Shown here piece by piece: positions 27,050-36,632 of a stretch of 64,000 nucleotides of DNA. Both the position numbers and the translations under genes were made by a program. The DNA is from Pyrinomonadaceae bacterium (GTDB lineage Bacteria; Acidobacteriota; Blastocatellia; Pyrinomonadales; Pyrinomonadaceae). Within the stretch, counting starts at the first letter, position 1. Each line of letters opens with the position of its first letter. The notes under the pieces are model-generated. The model ran no database searches, was not told where the DNA came from, and was given only the letters and a program-made list of their open reading frames with translations. Location of the stretch: assembly GCA_023717565.1 (NCBI GenBank), contig JAMQPI010000675.1, forward strand, positions 658 through 64,657, given 5' to 3'.

Positions 27050-28566
27050 GCGGTGCTGAATTCCACTTTCTGATTCGGCTGACGTAGTGAGTTACCGATT
27101 GCTGCAAGTCTGATCAGTCGATCGGCAACGCGAAGGCCTGAATACCCATCAAGAGTGTCGCCAAACATGCTCCTAATCAGGCTCTGTCGCTCCAAACGTC
27201 CCGCATCTGGCTCAACCAAAGCACGTCGCAACATCATTTGAAGTTCGGACTCCGAGCGAGCAACACTCACTGCTCCGCTAGCGACCACCTTCCGGTAGTG
27301 ATCGAATTTATAGTAACGACTGTAGTCGAGTTCCTTGATGTCCACGCCAGCAGGGTTGTACCCAACATTAATGACTGGCTTATCGAACATGCAGAGCTCG
27401 AGCGATACCGTAGAGGCGACGTTGATCCCGGCTGCGGCGTGCCTCAACATGTTTGTCAGCAGAGGTGAATCTTCCGGTCGGGGCGTTTGCCAGTTTGGCT
27501 CCCAAGGTATTCTGGGAAAGAGGACATCGGGATTCGACCGCCTAACCTGTTCAAAGCGACCTGTCTGATCTTTTGGATAAACTCGTACCATGAGCTGAGG
27601 CGAACCCAGGTCGGTCATTCCTCTCAGCATCGCAGCAATCGTTTCGACAATCTGGGGCTCACCCGGCATGTGGTTGGCCATACCCGTACTGTAAAGAACA
27701 ATCGGCCGGGTGGCGTCGGCACCCACACGAGCACAGAATTCTTCGCGCGACCATTGAAGCTCGGGCCGAAAATGAAAGTCGAACTGAGGTGTGCCGGTAA
27801 CGAATACCTGGTCGGGCCGAATGGTGTCGTAGATCTCAAGCAGTTGGTCTCTCAGTGCTTCATTCCAGACTAGATAATAATCGTAGGGCGCCATGATCCG
27901 ACCCTGAGAAGTTAGATTGTCCCAGGAGAAAACGAACGCGGCAGTAGGAATCTTGAGCCACTGGGCTGCCTGCACCGCCTGCATCGCTACACGGCTGTGG
28001 ATATGAGACCCATTGAAAACCAGAGAGGGGTTCAACTCACGAAACAGCTTGACGTAAGACTCAGTAGTCCGAAATCGTTGACTGGCTACGCGCTCGCATT
28101 TAGACAACAACCGTAACCCCGAGCGGCTGACAAACGGATAGCACGCCAGTTTTTTTATCAGGCGGCGTGCGCGCCGGCGTTCGACGATTGCCTCAGCGTC
28201 TCGCAGTCGCCAACGCTCTTGCGCAGCCTCGGACCACAGCCAACGCCCGTGGGCTAGATCCAATAACTCGCGCAGGGTGTTGACTATTCGCCGCTCCTCA
28301 ATTTCTGGCAGTGGGAATATGTTGTCTGAGCACTCACGCAATAGATCTTCAAACTCTTCACCCGGCAGGACCGAAAGCACGCTGAGTTCGACGTCGCGGG
28401 ACACCTCCTCGAGAGTTCCCGAATAAACAAAGTTACGGATTGCCTCTCCCCGCGGCAGGATGGTCACTAGATGGGGACCGCTCTCTTTCGTAGCCCTTTT
28501 GGTTCTGGCGCTAGTAGTTCGCGGTAACCCCAAAAACAACTCCAGTTCACGAATTTCTGTTGTCAT
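27046..28566 (-). CDS. Uncharacterised GT-B-like (TagF/KpsS-like) capsule-biosynthesis protein, paralog 2
   Basis: Shares SWDNLTSQGR, VTGTPQFDFHF and STVSLELCMFDKPVINVGYNP with the upstream gene. ATGA start/stop overlap at 28563..28566. Confidence 0.55.
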   Translation of the reverse strand: MTTEIRELELFLGLPRTTSARTKRATKESGPHLVTILPRGEAIRNFVYSGTLEEVSRDVELSVLSVLPGEEFEDLLRECSDNIFPLPEIEERRIVNTLRELLDLAHGRWLWSEAAQERWRLRDAEAIVERRRARRLIKKLACYPFVSRSGLRLLSKCERVASQRFRTTESYVKLFRELNPSLVFNGSHIHSRVAMQAVQAAQWLKIPTAAFVFSWDNLTSQGRIMAPYDYYLVWNEALRDQLLEIYDTIRPDQVFVTGTPQFDFHFRPELQWSREEFCARVGADATRPIVLYSTGMANHMPGEPQIVETIAAMLRGMTDLGSPQLMVRVYPKDQTGRFEQVRRSNPDVLFPRIPWEPNWQTPRPEDSPLLTNMLRHAAAGINVASTVSLELCMFDKPVINVGYNPAGVDIKELDYSRYYKFDHYRKVVASGAVSVARSESELQMMLRRALVEPDAGRLERQSLIRSMFGDTLDGYSGLRVADRLIRLAAIGNSLRQPNQKVEFSTA

Positions 28567-30059
28567 GCGCTCCCCTGGGCCTTTCTCTTCTCTTCTACAA
28601 AAGCCATAACCGCGCGAGCGGCGCGCTCGCCACACGAACCATCCAGGTATCCACACACATACTCAGCGATGGATCGCCTTTTCTCTCTGTGTAGTTCCGG
28701 CTTCACCAGATAAGTCTTTATGGCGTTCACGAGCTCGGCGAAATCATTCACCAGCCACACGCCCCCGGATTCAGCGACCGGTTTGAAGTGGGTCCAAAGA
28801 TGGTTGATCTCTTTGATGAGCGACTGATGCGGTTGTCCCGGCGCGGGGTCAAAGTCGAGGTTTATTACCGGACGATCAAAAATCGCCGCATCTATGGTTA
28901 CCGTGGAAGAGAGATTAACCACCACGTCGGCGTGACGAAAGGTGTTGACCCACTCGACAATCTGATTCTGATCCTGGAAACGCTCCGTAACCGAAGCGCC
29001 CGCGACCCCGGTCTGCTGCACTACCACTCGCGAACCGAATTTGCCAAACAACTCGTGCAGTTCGTGATTGTCATGGATAGGATGGGGGCGAACGAGCAAC
29101 TGAATGTCTTTCAGTTCGCCACGCGCTACCAGGTCCGCGACGTGAAGTGCTCCTGGCGTCTCAACGAGAAAATTGGGCGAACCGAGTGCATACACGACGA
29201 TCGGCAGATCGGGTCGCAGGCCCTGACTCTGACAAAACGCTTCGCGTGATCGGTGAAAGCGCTCCTGAAAGAAGAGGTCAAATTGCGGTGCCCCGACAAC
29301 GTGGACCGGGGCGTTCCGAGTAGCTGGATAAAACTGGTGCAACTCGCGACGAGCCGCCTCAGACCACACTAGGTAGCCGTCATGTTTAAAAAGCATCCGA
29401 TTCTTAGTCGAGAGGTTGTCCCAGGAAGGAATCAGCGCGAGAGTTGAAATTCCTTCTCTCTTCGCAGCTGCTACCACCGCGGGCTCGGTAAACCAGAAAG
29501 GATTGGTGCAAAGCAAAACATCTGGAGCGTTGAGTTTGAATCGCCTCGTCGCTTCCGGGCTGCGCTCATATGCCCGCAGGCGTCGCTCAAGCCAACCCTC
29601 GAAAGCACGCTCAACCCGCAACGCAGCCAGTATCCGGGCTGGTGTCTTTAGAGCACGCACATAAGGATGGGCGTTGCGGTCTCTGATGTGACGCATCATG
29701 CTCAGTCGACTGGGGGGTCTTTGCCTAAAGTCCCAGGCATACTCGTTGAGCCGGCGCAGGTAGTTATGAGGAAACTCGCGAAAAGCCAACACATCGGGAA
29801 ACTCCGAGATCTGCGCGCGCGAGTGTTTCCAGGCTTCATAGAACTTAGGATTGCTTGCAGAGGTGGCCCACACATCGACCGGTCCAGACTCGCTGAGTGC
29901 ATCAATGAATCCGCTATGAAGCAACATGCGGTCGGTAAGCAGTGACGACGACAGCACTAGACACCCTCTCGCCACCTCACGGGCGCCGTCCACCTGGTCC
30001 GGCTCAACCAGACCCCGGGTTTCCAGACAGGCTTCGACTTGTTCGATTTGAGTTACCAA
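28563..30059 (-). CDS. Uncharacterised GT-B-like (TagF/KpsS-like) capsule-biosynthesis protein, paralog 1
   Basis: SWDNLSTKNR, VVGAPQFDLFF, LLVRPHPIHD, STVTIDAAIFDRPVINLDFDP. Confidence 0.55.
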   Translation of the reverse strand: MVTQIEQVEACLETRGLVEPDQVDGAREVARGCLVLSSSLLTDRMLLHSGFIDALSESGPVDVWATSASNPKFYEAWKHSRAQISEFPDVLAFREFPHNYLRRLNEYAWDFRQRPPSRLSMMRHIRDRNAHPYVRALKTPARILAALRVERAFEGWLERRLRAYERSPEATRRFKLNAPDVLLCTNPFWFTEPAVVAAAKREGISTLALIPSWDNLSTKNRMLFKHDGYLVWSEAARRELHQFYPATRNAPVHVVGAPQFDLFFQERFHRSREAFCQSQGLRPDLPIVVYALGSPNFLVETPGALHVADLVARGELKDIQLLVRPHPIHDNHELHELFGKFGSRVVVQQTGVAGASVTERFQDQNQIVEWVNTFRHADVVVNLSSTVTIDAAIFDRPVINLDFDPAPGQPHQSLIKEINHLWTHFKPVAESGGVWLVNDFAELVNAIKTYLVKPELHREKRRSIAEYVCGYLDGSCGERAARAVMAFVEEKRKAQGSA

Positions 30060-30064
30060 TTAAT

Positions 30065-30985
30065 TCATGCCTTGCGTCCGGCTATGGCGAACGCCTGATC
30101 GCTATCCAGCGGTAAGCTGAAGTTAGATCCGCGCAACATGAACTCCTCTGACTGGGAAGCCGGTGACGTGAACATTGCGGTGTACATCACTCGAGCCCGC
30201 TCTCGCGCCAAACCGCCACGGTGATAACCACGCGTGTCCGCGAAGATGAGTGTGCCTTTTGGTCCAATGCCGCTGAACCATGCTTCACGCGGAACCACCT
30301 CGACCATCTGTGCGTCGGTGCTTCGCTTGACGTTGCCCTCCAAGGAGTAGGCAGCTTCGCGTCGCAACTGTCCTTTGGGATGACTGCCCCGTGCATACAT
30401 GAACGGTCCGGCGCCTTCGTCAACGTCCGAGAGGTAGAGAAAGACTTTGACGATCAAGTAGTCCTCCCGATCTCGATGCCAGAGCTGTGATTCACGAGCC
30501 TCGATGCTGGTGGGAAAGGTATGCCACACATTGTAGTAGCGCAGCCGTGAACGCATTCCCAAATAGCCATTTGCGATACCAAGGATGTTCTTCTCCAGCG
30601 CAAAGCGTGCGTAGACACTCGCGGGATCGAACTTTGGATTGCGGCCCAAATATTCGAGAATGAACGTCTTCTTACCAATCGCGTCCGGAGCGTCGACTGC
30701 AGCTTGAGCGCCGGCAATCTTATCGCCGGATGAAGCCTGCCAGCCTTCTACCGTCCCACTCAGTTCGCCAAAGCATGAACTCGATGGGAGCAACGCCGCC
30801 ACAGAAGTCATAGCCACTCCTTCACGGCTGAGCGTGTCCAAAACCCGCGCGGCTTCCCCGGACAACGCGTGACGGTTCAACCGATAAGAGAACGTCGGAC
30901 TAAAATTAAACACATAACGCCAGGTAGGGCCGAAGTGCCGTGCAGCCCGAGCCAGCCTGCTTACAGTTTCGTTTCTTATAGACAC
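30065..30985 (-). CDS. Fe(II)/2-oxoglutarate dioxygenase, PhyH-like
   Basis: Facial-triad pattern WHRDRED ... RGYHRGG. LYLSDVDEGAGPFMYARGSH. Confidence 0.7.
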   Translation of the reverse strand: MSIRNETVSRLARAARHFGPTWRYVFNFSPTFSYRLNRHALSGEAARVLDTLSREGVAMTSVAALLPSSSCFGELSGTVEGWQASSGDKIAGAQAAVDAPDAIGKKTFILEYLGRNPKFDPASVYARFALEKNILGIANGYLGMRSRLRYYNVWHTFPTSIEARESQLWHRDREDYLIVKVFLYLSDVDEGAGPFMYARGSHPKGQLRREAAYSLEGNVKRSTDAQMVEVVPREAWFSGIGPKGTLIFADTRGYHRGGLARERARVMYTAMFTSPASQSEEFMLRGSNFSLPLDSDQAFAIAGRKA

Positions 30986-31195
30986 GTGTTTGGGACGAAA
31001 AGAGGCGGCGCAGAGGTGACGGTTACAAGACCACGATTCAAGTCAGTTAACGGTGTGTTGCTCTGGTAAGGCAAATCTTAATTCCAGAAATGTGAGCTGG
31101 TAGCCACACGACACTTCGGCGGTTCGCCCATGCGAGCAGTACACCGAGACTTCGTAGACATGTCGCTTTTCGCATGAGGATGGATAACTTGAGTA

Positions 31196-32488
31196 TCAGA
31201 TGCCCTCGACAACACGTTTCGTCGAAACGCTCGTAGGCAGCATTGTTTCAAATGACCGTTTCAAGTCGGGAGTCAGGGTCCAGTCAGATGGCGGGTCTAG
31301 ATACGCCTTGCCAATTCCGTTGACACTTCCAGCGACATCCAGCATCGCCCGCTCGGAGATATGACGCTGTTCATGTCCTAAGGAGTCGTGCCCAATAAAC
31401 TTGAACGAGAGAGTGTACATACCCGGCGCGAGCCATAGCGGGGGAATCTCGACTCTCACTAGATAGCGGCCCGCACTTAACTCGCGGTTAACGACATCAC
31501 TGAGCTTCACCCTCTGGTGGAGGACAGTATGTCCCAGGGAGTCGTTCATGATTAAGAATAGATGACCATAGGCGACATCTCTTGCTACATCCAGCAATGA
31601 TTCAATGAGCAGGCTCCCACCGCCGGACTTCTGGGTCGCCATTCCGTTTGCCTGTCCGTTTATGTTCATTCCCAGCCAGCCAGCACCCTTTGTTAAGGAT
31701 TTTGTGGGCACCTCGGAAACGGTTTGACTGTAACGTGAGAGTCCTTCCAGAACTGGACCGTGAAACTTAACCCTACCGTTGTTTAGCACCACGGTGGTCT
31801 GACAAAGTTCTTTTACCGCCCCCAAGTTATGGCTCACCAGCAGTACGGTTCGTCCATGCGAAGCAACCTTGTCCATCTTACCCAAACATTTCTTCTGAAA
31901 CTCGTGATCGCCTACAGCAAGCACCTCGTCAACGAGTAGGATTTCTGGCTCAAGATGCGCGGCCACCGAAAATGCCAGTCTCAGATGCATCCCGCTTGAG
32001 TAGTGCTTGACGGGCGTATCAATGAATCTGTCAACACCTGCAAAACTGACGATTTCATCAAACTTCCTATCGATCTCCTCGTGCTTCATCCCGAGAATAG
32101 CCCCGCTTAGATAGAGATTCTCCCTACCGGTCAGCTCCTGGTGAAAACCCGTGCCAACCTCGAGCAGGGATCCAATTCGTCCTCGGATTTTGACCTCTCC
32201 CTCGGTAGGCTCGGTGATGCGAGAGAGGATCTTGAGGAAGGTGCTTTTACCGGCGCCGTTGCGACCGATGATGCCCACGACTGAGCCGGTCTTGATCTCG
32301 AGCGTGACATCCTTGAGGGCCCACAAGGTGGCCTCCTCAGCGGAAGAAGGCGCGCCACGCGTCGAGCCCCTGAGCGCTGAGCCGATCTTCCTGGACAACA
32401 CATCCCTCAGAGTGTCGTACTTCTCTCGCTGCACTCCAATCCGATACTTCTTGGAGAGTCCCTCAACTATTATCGCTGGCTCTGTCAT
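31196..32488 (-). CDS. wzt: Polysaccharide ABC-transporter ATPase with C-terminal extension (Wzt/TagH-like)
   Basis: Walker A GRNGAGKSTFLK, signature YSSGMHLRLAFS, Walker B LLVDEVLAVGD, plus a C-terminal non-NBD domain of about 180 aa. Confidence 0.9.
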   Translation of the reverse strand: MTEPAIIVEGLSKKYRIGVQREKYDTLRDVLSRKIGSALRGSTRGAPSSAEEATLWALKDVTLEIKTGSVVGIIGRNGAGKSTFLKILSRITEPTEGEVKIRGRIGSLLEVGTGFHQELTGRENLYLSGAILGMKHEEIDRKFDEIVSFAGVDRFIDTPVKHYSSGMHLRLAFSVAAHLEPEILLVDEVLAVGDHEFQKKCLGKMDKVASHGRTVLLVSHNLGAVKELCQTTVVLNNGRVKFHGPVLEGLSRYSQTVSEVPTKSLTKGAGWLGMNINGQANGMATQKSGGGSLLIESLLDVARDVAYGHLFLIMNDSLGHTVLHQRVKLSDVVNRELSAGRYLVRVEIPPLWLAPGMYTLSFKFIGHDSLGHEQRHISERAMLDVAGSVNGIGKAYLDPPSDWTLTPDLKRSFETMLPTSVSTKRVVEGI

Positions 32489-32520
32489 GTTCGAATGGTC
32501 CTCTACTCCCTTTCTTGGGC

Positions 32521-33591
32521 TTAACCCTTAATGTCAGAGGGATCATAAGTAATTCGTTCAGGGCGCCGCCAAAGGTAATGCCGTACGGTCGAATGCTCTT
32601 CCGATTGCCTGACTTTGTGGCGATTCTTCCCACGCGACGACTCTCGCATCACCGCCTGGTGTGCAGCCTCAAGGCCTCCTATGACGCTCAGGTCTCCGCG
32701 ATAAGTCTTGCTCAAGTCGTCGAAGTAGCAATCGGCAACCAGTTGAAAAAACTCGGCCCCGGGCAAGGCACAGAAAACCTCAAAATACCGAGGATCGGGG
32801 GTACTTTCAAACAAATGGGCATTCCAAGCGGCCAAGCCCATCGCAATGTGGTCGTAACGACAAAAGCGATTCTGAGATTGGTAGCATTCCAACAAGCGTC
32901 TCTTCTCTTCCGCCACGGTGGTAATGTCAACGTAGCCATTCACAAATGGCGTGTTGTGAACCTGATACCCCCACACTTCAAAATCTCCAATGCCGCTGCG
33001 TTTATGCGCGAGCCATAGCAAGTGATTTACCAATCGATGTTTCGACGGCCAATCCAATAACCAGGGCGCCATAACAATATCGGGTTTGGTCTCGAGTATG
33101 ATATTCGACAAGCGGTCGACGTCATCAAGCGAAGGTTTGGGAGCCAGATTTGAAATCCCAAGGTTATGTACTTGTGCCCCGAGCTGGGCACACGCCCTCT
33201 CAGCTTCTTGGGCGCGAACGAAGCGCACATTTGCGGGCTGATCGGTCTTCGTTTGAGCCCCATCAGTAATGTATAGAACGTGAATCTTCACACCAGCCTT
33301 GGAGGCTAGGAGAAGCGACCCTCCAGGTCCGATTGATTCGTCATCCTGGTGTGGAGCCAGAACAAGGATTGACTTCAGTTTCTCAACTGGAAGCGGAAGA
33401 GGTTGGACCTCAGATCTAAAGGACTCGACTTCTAGTACGCGCCGCGCCAACTCCATGTCGGAGATTCCCCGCCATTCTCTGACGGCAAAACGGTATGGTC
33501 CACGTTGCGCGCGAAGAGCAAGCAACTCCCTCACAAACGCTCGATGCCGATAGGGGTTGAGCTTCTTGAGCCAGTTAAACATGGATCTCAT
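32521..33591 (-). CDS. PIG-L/LmbE-family de-N-acetylase
   Basis: LVLAPHQDDESIGPGG motif. Confidence 0.85.
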   Translation of the reverse strand: MRSMFNWLKKLNPYRHRAFVRELLALRAQRGPYRFAVREWRGISDMELARRVLEVESFRSEVQPLPLPVEKLKSILVLAPHQDDESIGPGGSLLLASKAGVKIHVLYITDGAQTKTDQPANVRFVRAQEAERACAQLGAQVHNLGISNLAPKPSLDDVDRLSNIILETKPDIVMAPWLLDWPSKHRLVNHLLWLAHKRSGIGDFEVWGYQVHNTPFVNGYVDITTVAEEKRRLLECYQSQNRFCRYDHIAMGLAAWNAHLFESTPDPRYFEVFCALPGAEFFQLVADCYFDDLSKTYRGDLSVIGGLEAAHQAVMRESSRGKNRHKVRQSEEHSTVRHYLWRRPERITYDPSDIKG

Positions 33592-33742
33592 TTCTGAAGA
33601 TTGCGGTTTGGGAGGTTGAATGCAAAGCTTCGTTTCAGGCCTTCAATCTCAGCGCGTCATCGAACCGCTAAGATTAGTCGGAAAGTCCGATTGCAACGAC
33701 GGAAAGACATTCACTCTTATGTCAGAGCAACCTGATAGTAGT

Positions 33743-35095
33743 TTAGAGCGCGCCGACAAGCTGATTGCTGGCAACGGGACTCTCACCAGCCAGGCAAATG
33801 GAAGTGACTGAACCGTCAGGCAGAGTCCACTCGTAGGGAATCATCACCGGAAAAGTTTTCTGTACTAGCCCGTGAACAAATTCTCCTTTGAACCCCAATG
33901 CTTCAAGATCGGCAACCACGCTGAACGCTGCAACTTCCTGGGAGTGAACGATCACATCTTTGCCGTCCTTTGTTCGGATCGCCATTTGGATCGTATATTC
34001 CTGGGGTAGCAAGGGTATTGACTTGAAGCTGCAGCAGAGACGCCCCTTACCTTCGATGACGTTTGGTCGACCTCCGTCGATGAGCATATTTGCCGTGAAG
34101 CAAGTCCCGTGAATGCTCCTGACAACTAATAAGATGTAAGGCTGCTGGATTGGCTTCGGCGCATCGAAACTGATCTCAATGTTCAAATCATCGCCCGGAC
34201 TAAAGCAATTAGTCCGTTCTCCATCAGAGTTCTTCACCGCAACGTCTTCAATAATTAACCCATGCTTCTTACTTTCATGCCGGAAACCAACTTCCGATAA
34301 AGCAGAGAGATACGACTCTACGACTTGATAAACATCCCCGTCGGCAACGACGACACCACCTTCCAGAAGCACTGCTCTTTCGCAGAGACCTCTGACCGCT
34401 CCCATGTTGTGACTGACAAACAGGACTGTGCGCCCGCCCTTGGCGACATCTTCCATCTTGCCGAGGCATTTCTTCTGAAATGATGCGTCACCCACCGCAA
34501 GCACTTCATCAACGAGAAGAACTTCGGTTTCAAGATGAGCCGCCACCGAAAAGGCAAGCCGCATATACATCCCGCTCGAGTAACGCTTTACAGGAGTGTC
34601 CATAAATTTTTCGAGCTCTGCGAAGCTGACTATCTCGTCAAGCTTCTTATCGATCTCCACTCGTTTCATGCCCAGAATTGCACTATTCAGGTATATGTTT
34701 TCACGGCCCGTTAGTTCAGGATGAAAACCGGCTCCAACTTCCAGTAGAGACCCCACGCGGCCGCGGATGTCTGCGCAACCACTCGTTGGCTCGGTGATTC
34801 TCGAAAGGATTTTCAGCAACGTGCTTTTGCCTGCGCCATTCCGTCCGATAACCCCAATCACCTCGCCACGCTTCACATCGAAAGAAACATCTTTAAGGGC
34901 CCAAACTTCATTATCGCCAGTGATCACTTTCCCGTTCTGCTTAGCCGAGTGCCTCAAGCTATTCTTGAAAGCTCTGCTGATGCTTTCCCTCAGCGTTTGA
35001 TATCGAGCACTGCTTCCGTTAAGTCGGTAGAACTTTGTAAGGTTCTCGACCCGAATAACAGTGTCTCGACTCAGCAATGCGTCTCCAGTCTTCAC
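33743..35095 (-). CDS. wzt: Second polysaccharide ABC-transporter ATPase with a different C-terminal extension (Wzt-like)
   Basis: GRNGAGKSTLLK, YSSGMYMRLAFS, LLVDEVLAVGD. The C-terminal 200 aa are not alignable by eye with those of 31196..32488. Confidence 0.9.
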   Translation of the reverse strand: MKTGDALLSRDTVIRVENLTKFYRLNGSSARYQTLRESISRAFKNSLRHSAKQNGKVITGDNEVWALKDVSFDVKRGEVIGVIGRNGAGKSTLLKILSRITEPTSGCADIRGRVGSLLEVGAGFHPELTGRENIYLNSAILGMKRVEIDKKLDEIVSFAELEKFMDTPVKRYSSGMYMRLAFSVAAHLETEVLLVDEVLAVGDASFQKKCLGKMEDVAKGGRTVLFVSHNMGAVRGLCERAVLLEGGVVVADGDVYQVVESYLSALSEVGFRHESKKHGLIIEDVAVKNSDGERTNCFSPGDDLNIEISFDAPKPIQQPYILLVVRSIHGTCFTANMLIDGGRPNVIEGKGRLCCSFKSIPLLPQEYTIQMAIRTKDGKDVIVHSQEVAAFSVVADLEALGFKGEFVHGLVQKTFPVMIPYEWTLPDGSVTSICLAGESPVASNQLVGAL

Positions 35096-35150
35096 AGTTG
35101 ATGTGCTTTGGATCGAACGGCCCGAGGAGCGACCGCAAGTGTCGGGCTAC

Positions 35151-36632
35151 TCAATTTGAATCCGGCTGAGTGCTGTTCATGACTATGGCGCGACCACGGA
35201 AGCTGCTACTTATGTACTCTCCGCAGTCATTGGCCCTTGCTATGTCCACATTGGTGAATCCCTGCACGTCACCAACCGCGCTCAGGAGATTTCGTATTTC
35301 AGTTTCGTTAAAGAACTCGTCCATTTCCGTGTTATGGATCGCTCTCCATTGTCGGAACGACCACTTTGCAGGAAGGCTAAGAAAGTAGCGAAACAGATCC
35401 CCCGATTTGGATTTCAACATCGAGCCCTTTGCTGGCAGTCGATAGAGAAATCTCTTGCATTTATGTTTGTCGGGCACAGTCGATGACGATAGGCTGCTCA
35501 ATATCGCTTCGGCTACCCGCCTGTGAGCGAGGCCATCGATTCGGCCAAACCATTCTCCCACGATGGAGTCGACATTCGCCTTCACTGGTCGGGGCAGTCG
35601 AAACTCGCCGCAAAGGACCGCTTCAAGCGAGCCTTTAAGCTGCTCATAGTTCTCGCACGGTACGCTGACGGATTCCGGCACCGGATAGAAATTGGGAGCA
35701 GGAATCCATTGTGGAGAAAACGCCGGCAATCCGGCCAGGCTGGCCTCAATCGCCGTCGTGCAGCTTCTTTGGATTATTGCTGATGCCGCGAGGATCCATG
35801 GGGCGACATATCGTGAGTTCGATAAATGAATGTTGGGTTCTCTAAGTTTTTCGCGGTATGTGTCTACTCTTTCTTCAGGGTGTGGCCGCAGAATCACGTC
35901 GATGTCTGGAAAGTCTGCCGCCAATTGATTGGCCAGAGCGGACATGCTATCGATGGCTTCGAGCTCGTTGTTATACCAGCGGAGAACTTCTTCTCGGGCA
36001 AAACCATAAGTAGCGACGTAATTGTCGATTACAGTTGGATAAGGAACCCCTTCCAGGTTGGCCGTAGTAAAGTTCGTATTAATCAGGACCGATTTGCGCT
36101 TTGCCCCATTCGATCCATTTGTCGGTTTTCGATAGACTGACGCGAGCGGCTCGGCATAGTAGTCAAACCGCGGACAACCGGTGACGTAAGCTTGCTCTTG
36201 CGTAAAAACTCGGTCATTGACAGTGTGATCGGCCACCTTAGGTCCCCAAAAGCAAATGCAGTTTGCTTTGCTCGTTAACCCTCGATCGCTCCACAGAGTC
36301 TGCTTGTACTCCTCAAGCGAGGACCAGACCACGCCTTCGGTGTCGAGAAGCCCAAACTGAATTCCCGCATCTACAAACTGCCGCGTTTGCCTGGCTTGAA
36401 AGGGGCGCATTACGGGAAGGAGCACGAAGTCGGGTGCCAGCGCCCAGACTTCATTGCGGCCCTCGCGATAAGGAATTAGATAGCAAGTGGCCCCTCGCCT
36501 GCAGAGTTCCCAGGCGGTGAGCACTATGCCGGGAAGATCTCTAGTGTGGTTTGCTACAAAGAGGGCGATCCTGGGCTTGTTCATATGTAAGACGTTGACT
36601 CCTGGTTCTCGTCCGCGCTCTCGATGATTCAT
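35151..36632 (-). CDS. Uncharacterised GT-B-like surface-carbohydrate biosynthesis protein (distantly related to 27046..30059)
   Basis: VTGCPRFDYY, ILRPHPEER, CTTAIEASLAGLPAF. ATGA overlap with the upstream pyruvyl transferase gene. Confidence 0.5.
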   Translation of the reverse strand: MNHRERGREPGVNVLHMNKPRIALFVANHTRDLPGIVLTAWELCRRGATCYLIPYREGRNEVWALAPDFVLLPVMRPFQARQTRQFVDAGIQFGLLDTEGVVWSSLEEYKQTLWSDRGLTSKANCICFWGPKVADHTVNDRVFTQEQAYVTGCPRFDYYAEPLASVYRKPTNGSNGAKRKSVLINTNFTTANLEGVPYPTVIDNYVATYGFAREEVLRWYNNELEAIDSMSALANQLAADFPDIDVILRPHPEERVDTYREKLREPNIHLSNSRYVAPWILAASAIIQRSCTTAIEASLAGLPAFSPQWIPAPNFYPVPESVSVPCENYEQLKGSLEAVLCGEFRLPRPVKANVDSIVGEWFGRIDGLAHRRVAEAILSSLSSSTVPDKHKCKRFLYRLPAKGSMLKSKSGDLFRYFLSLPAKWSFRQWRAIHNTEMDEFFNETEIRNLLSAVGDVQGFTNVDIARANDCGEYISSSFRGRAIVMNSTQPDSN

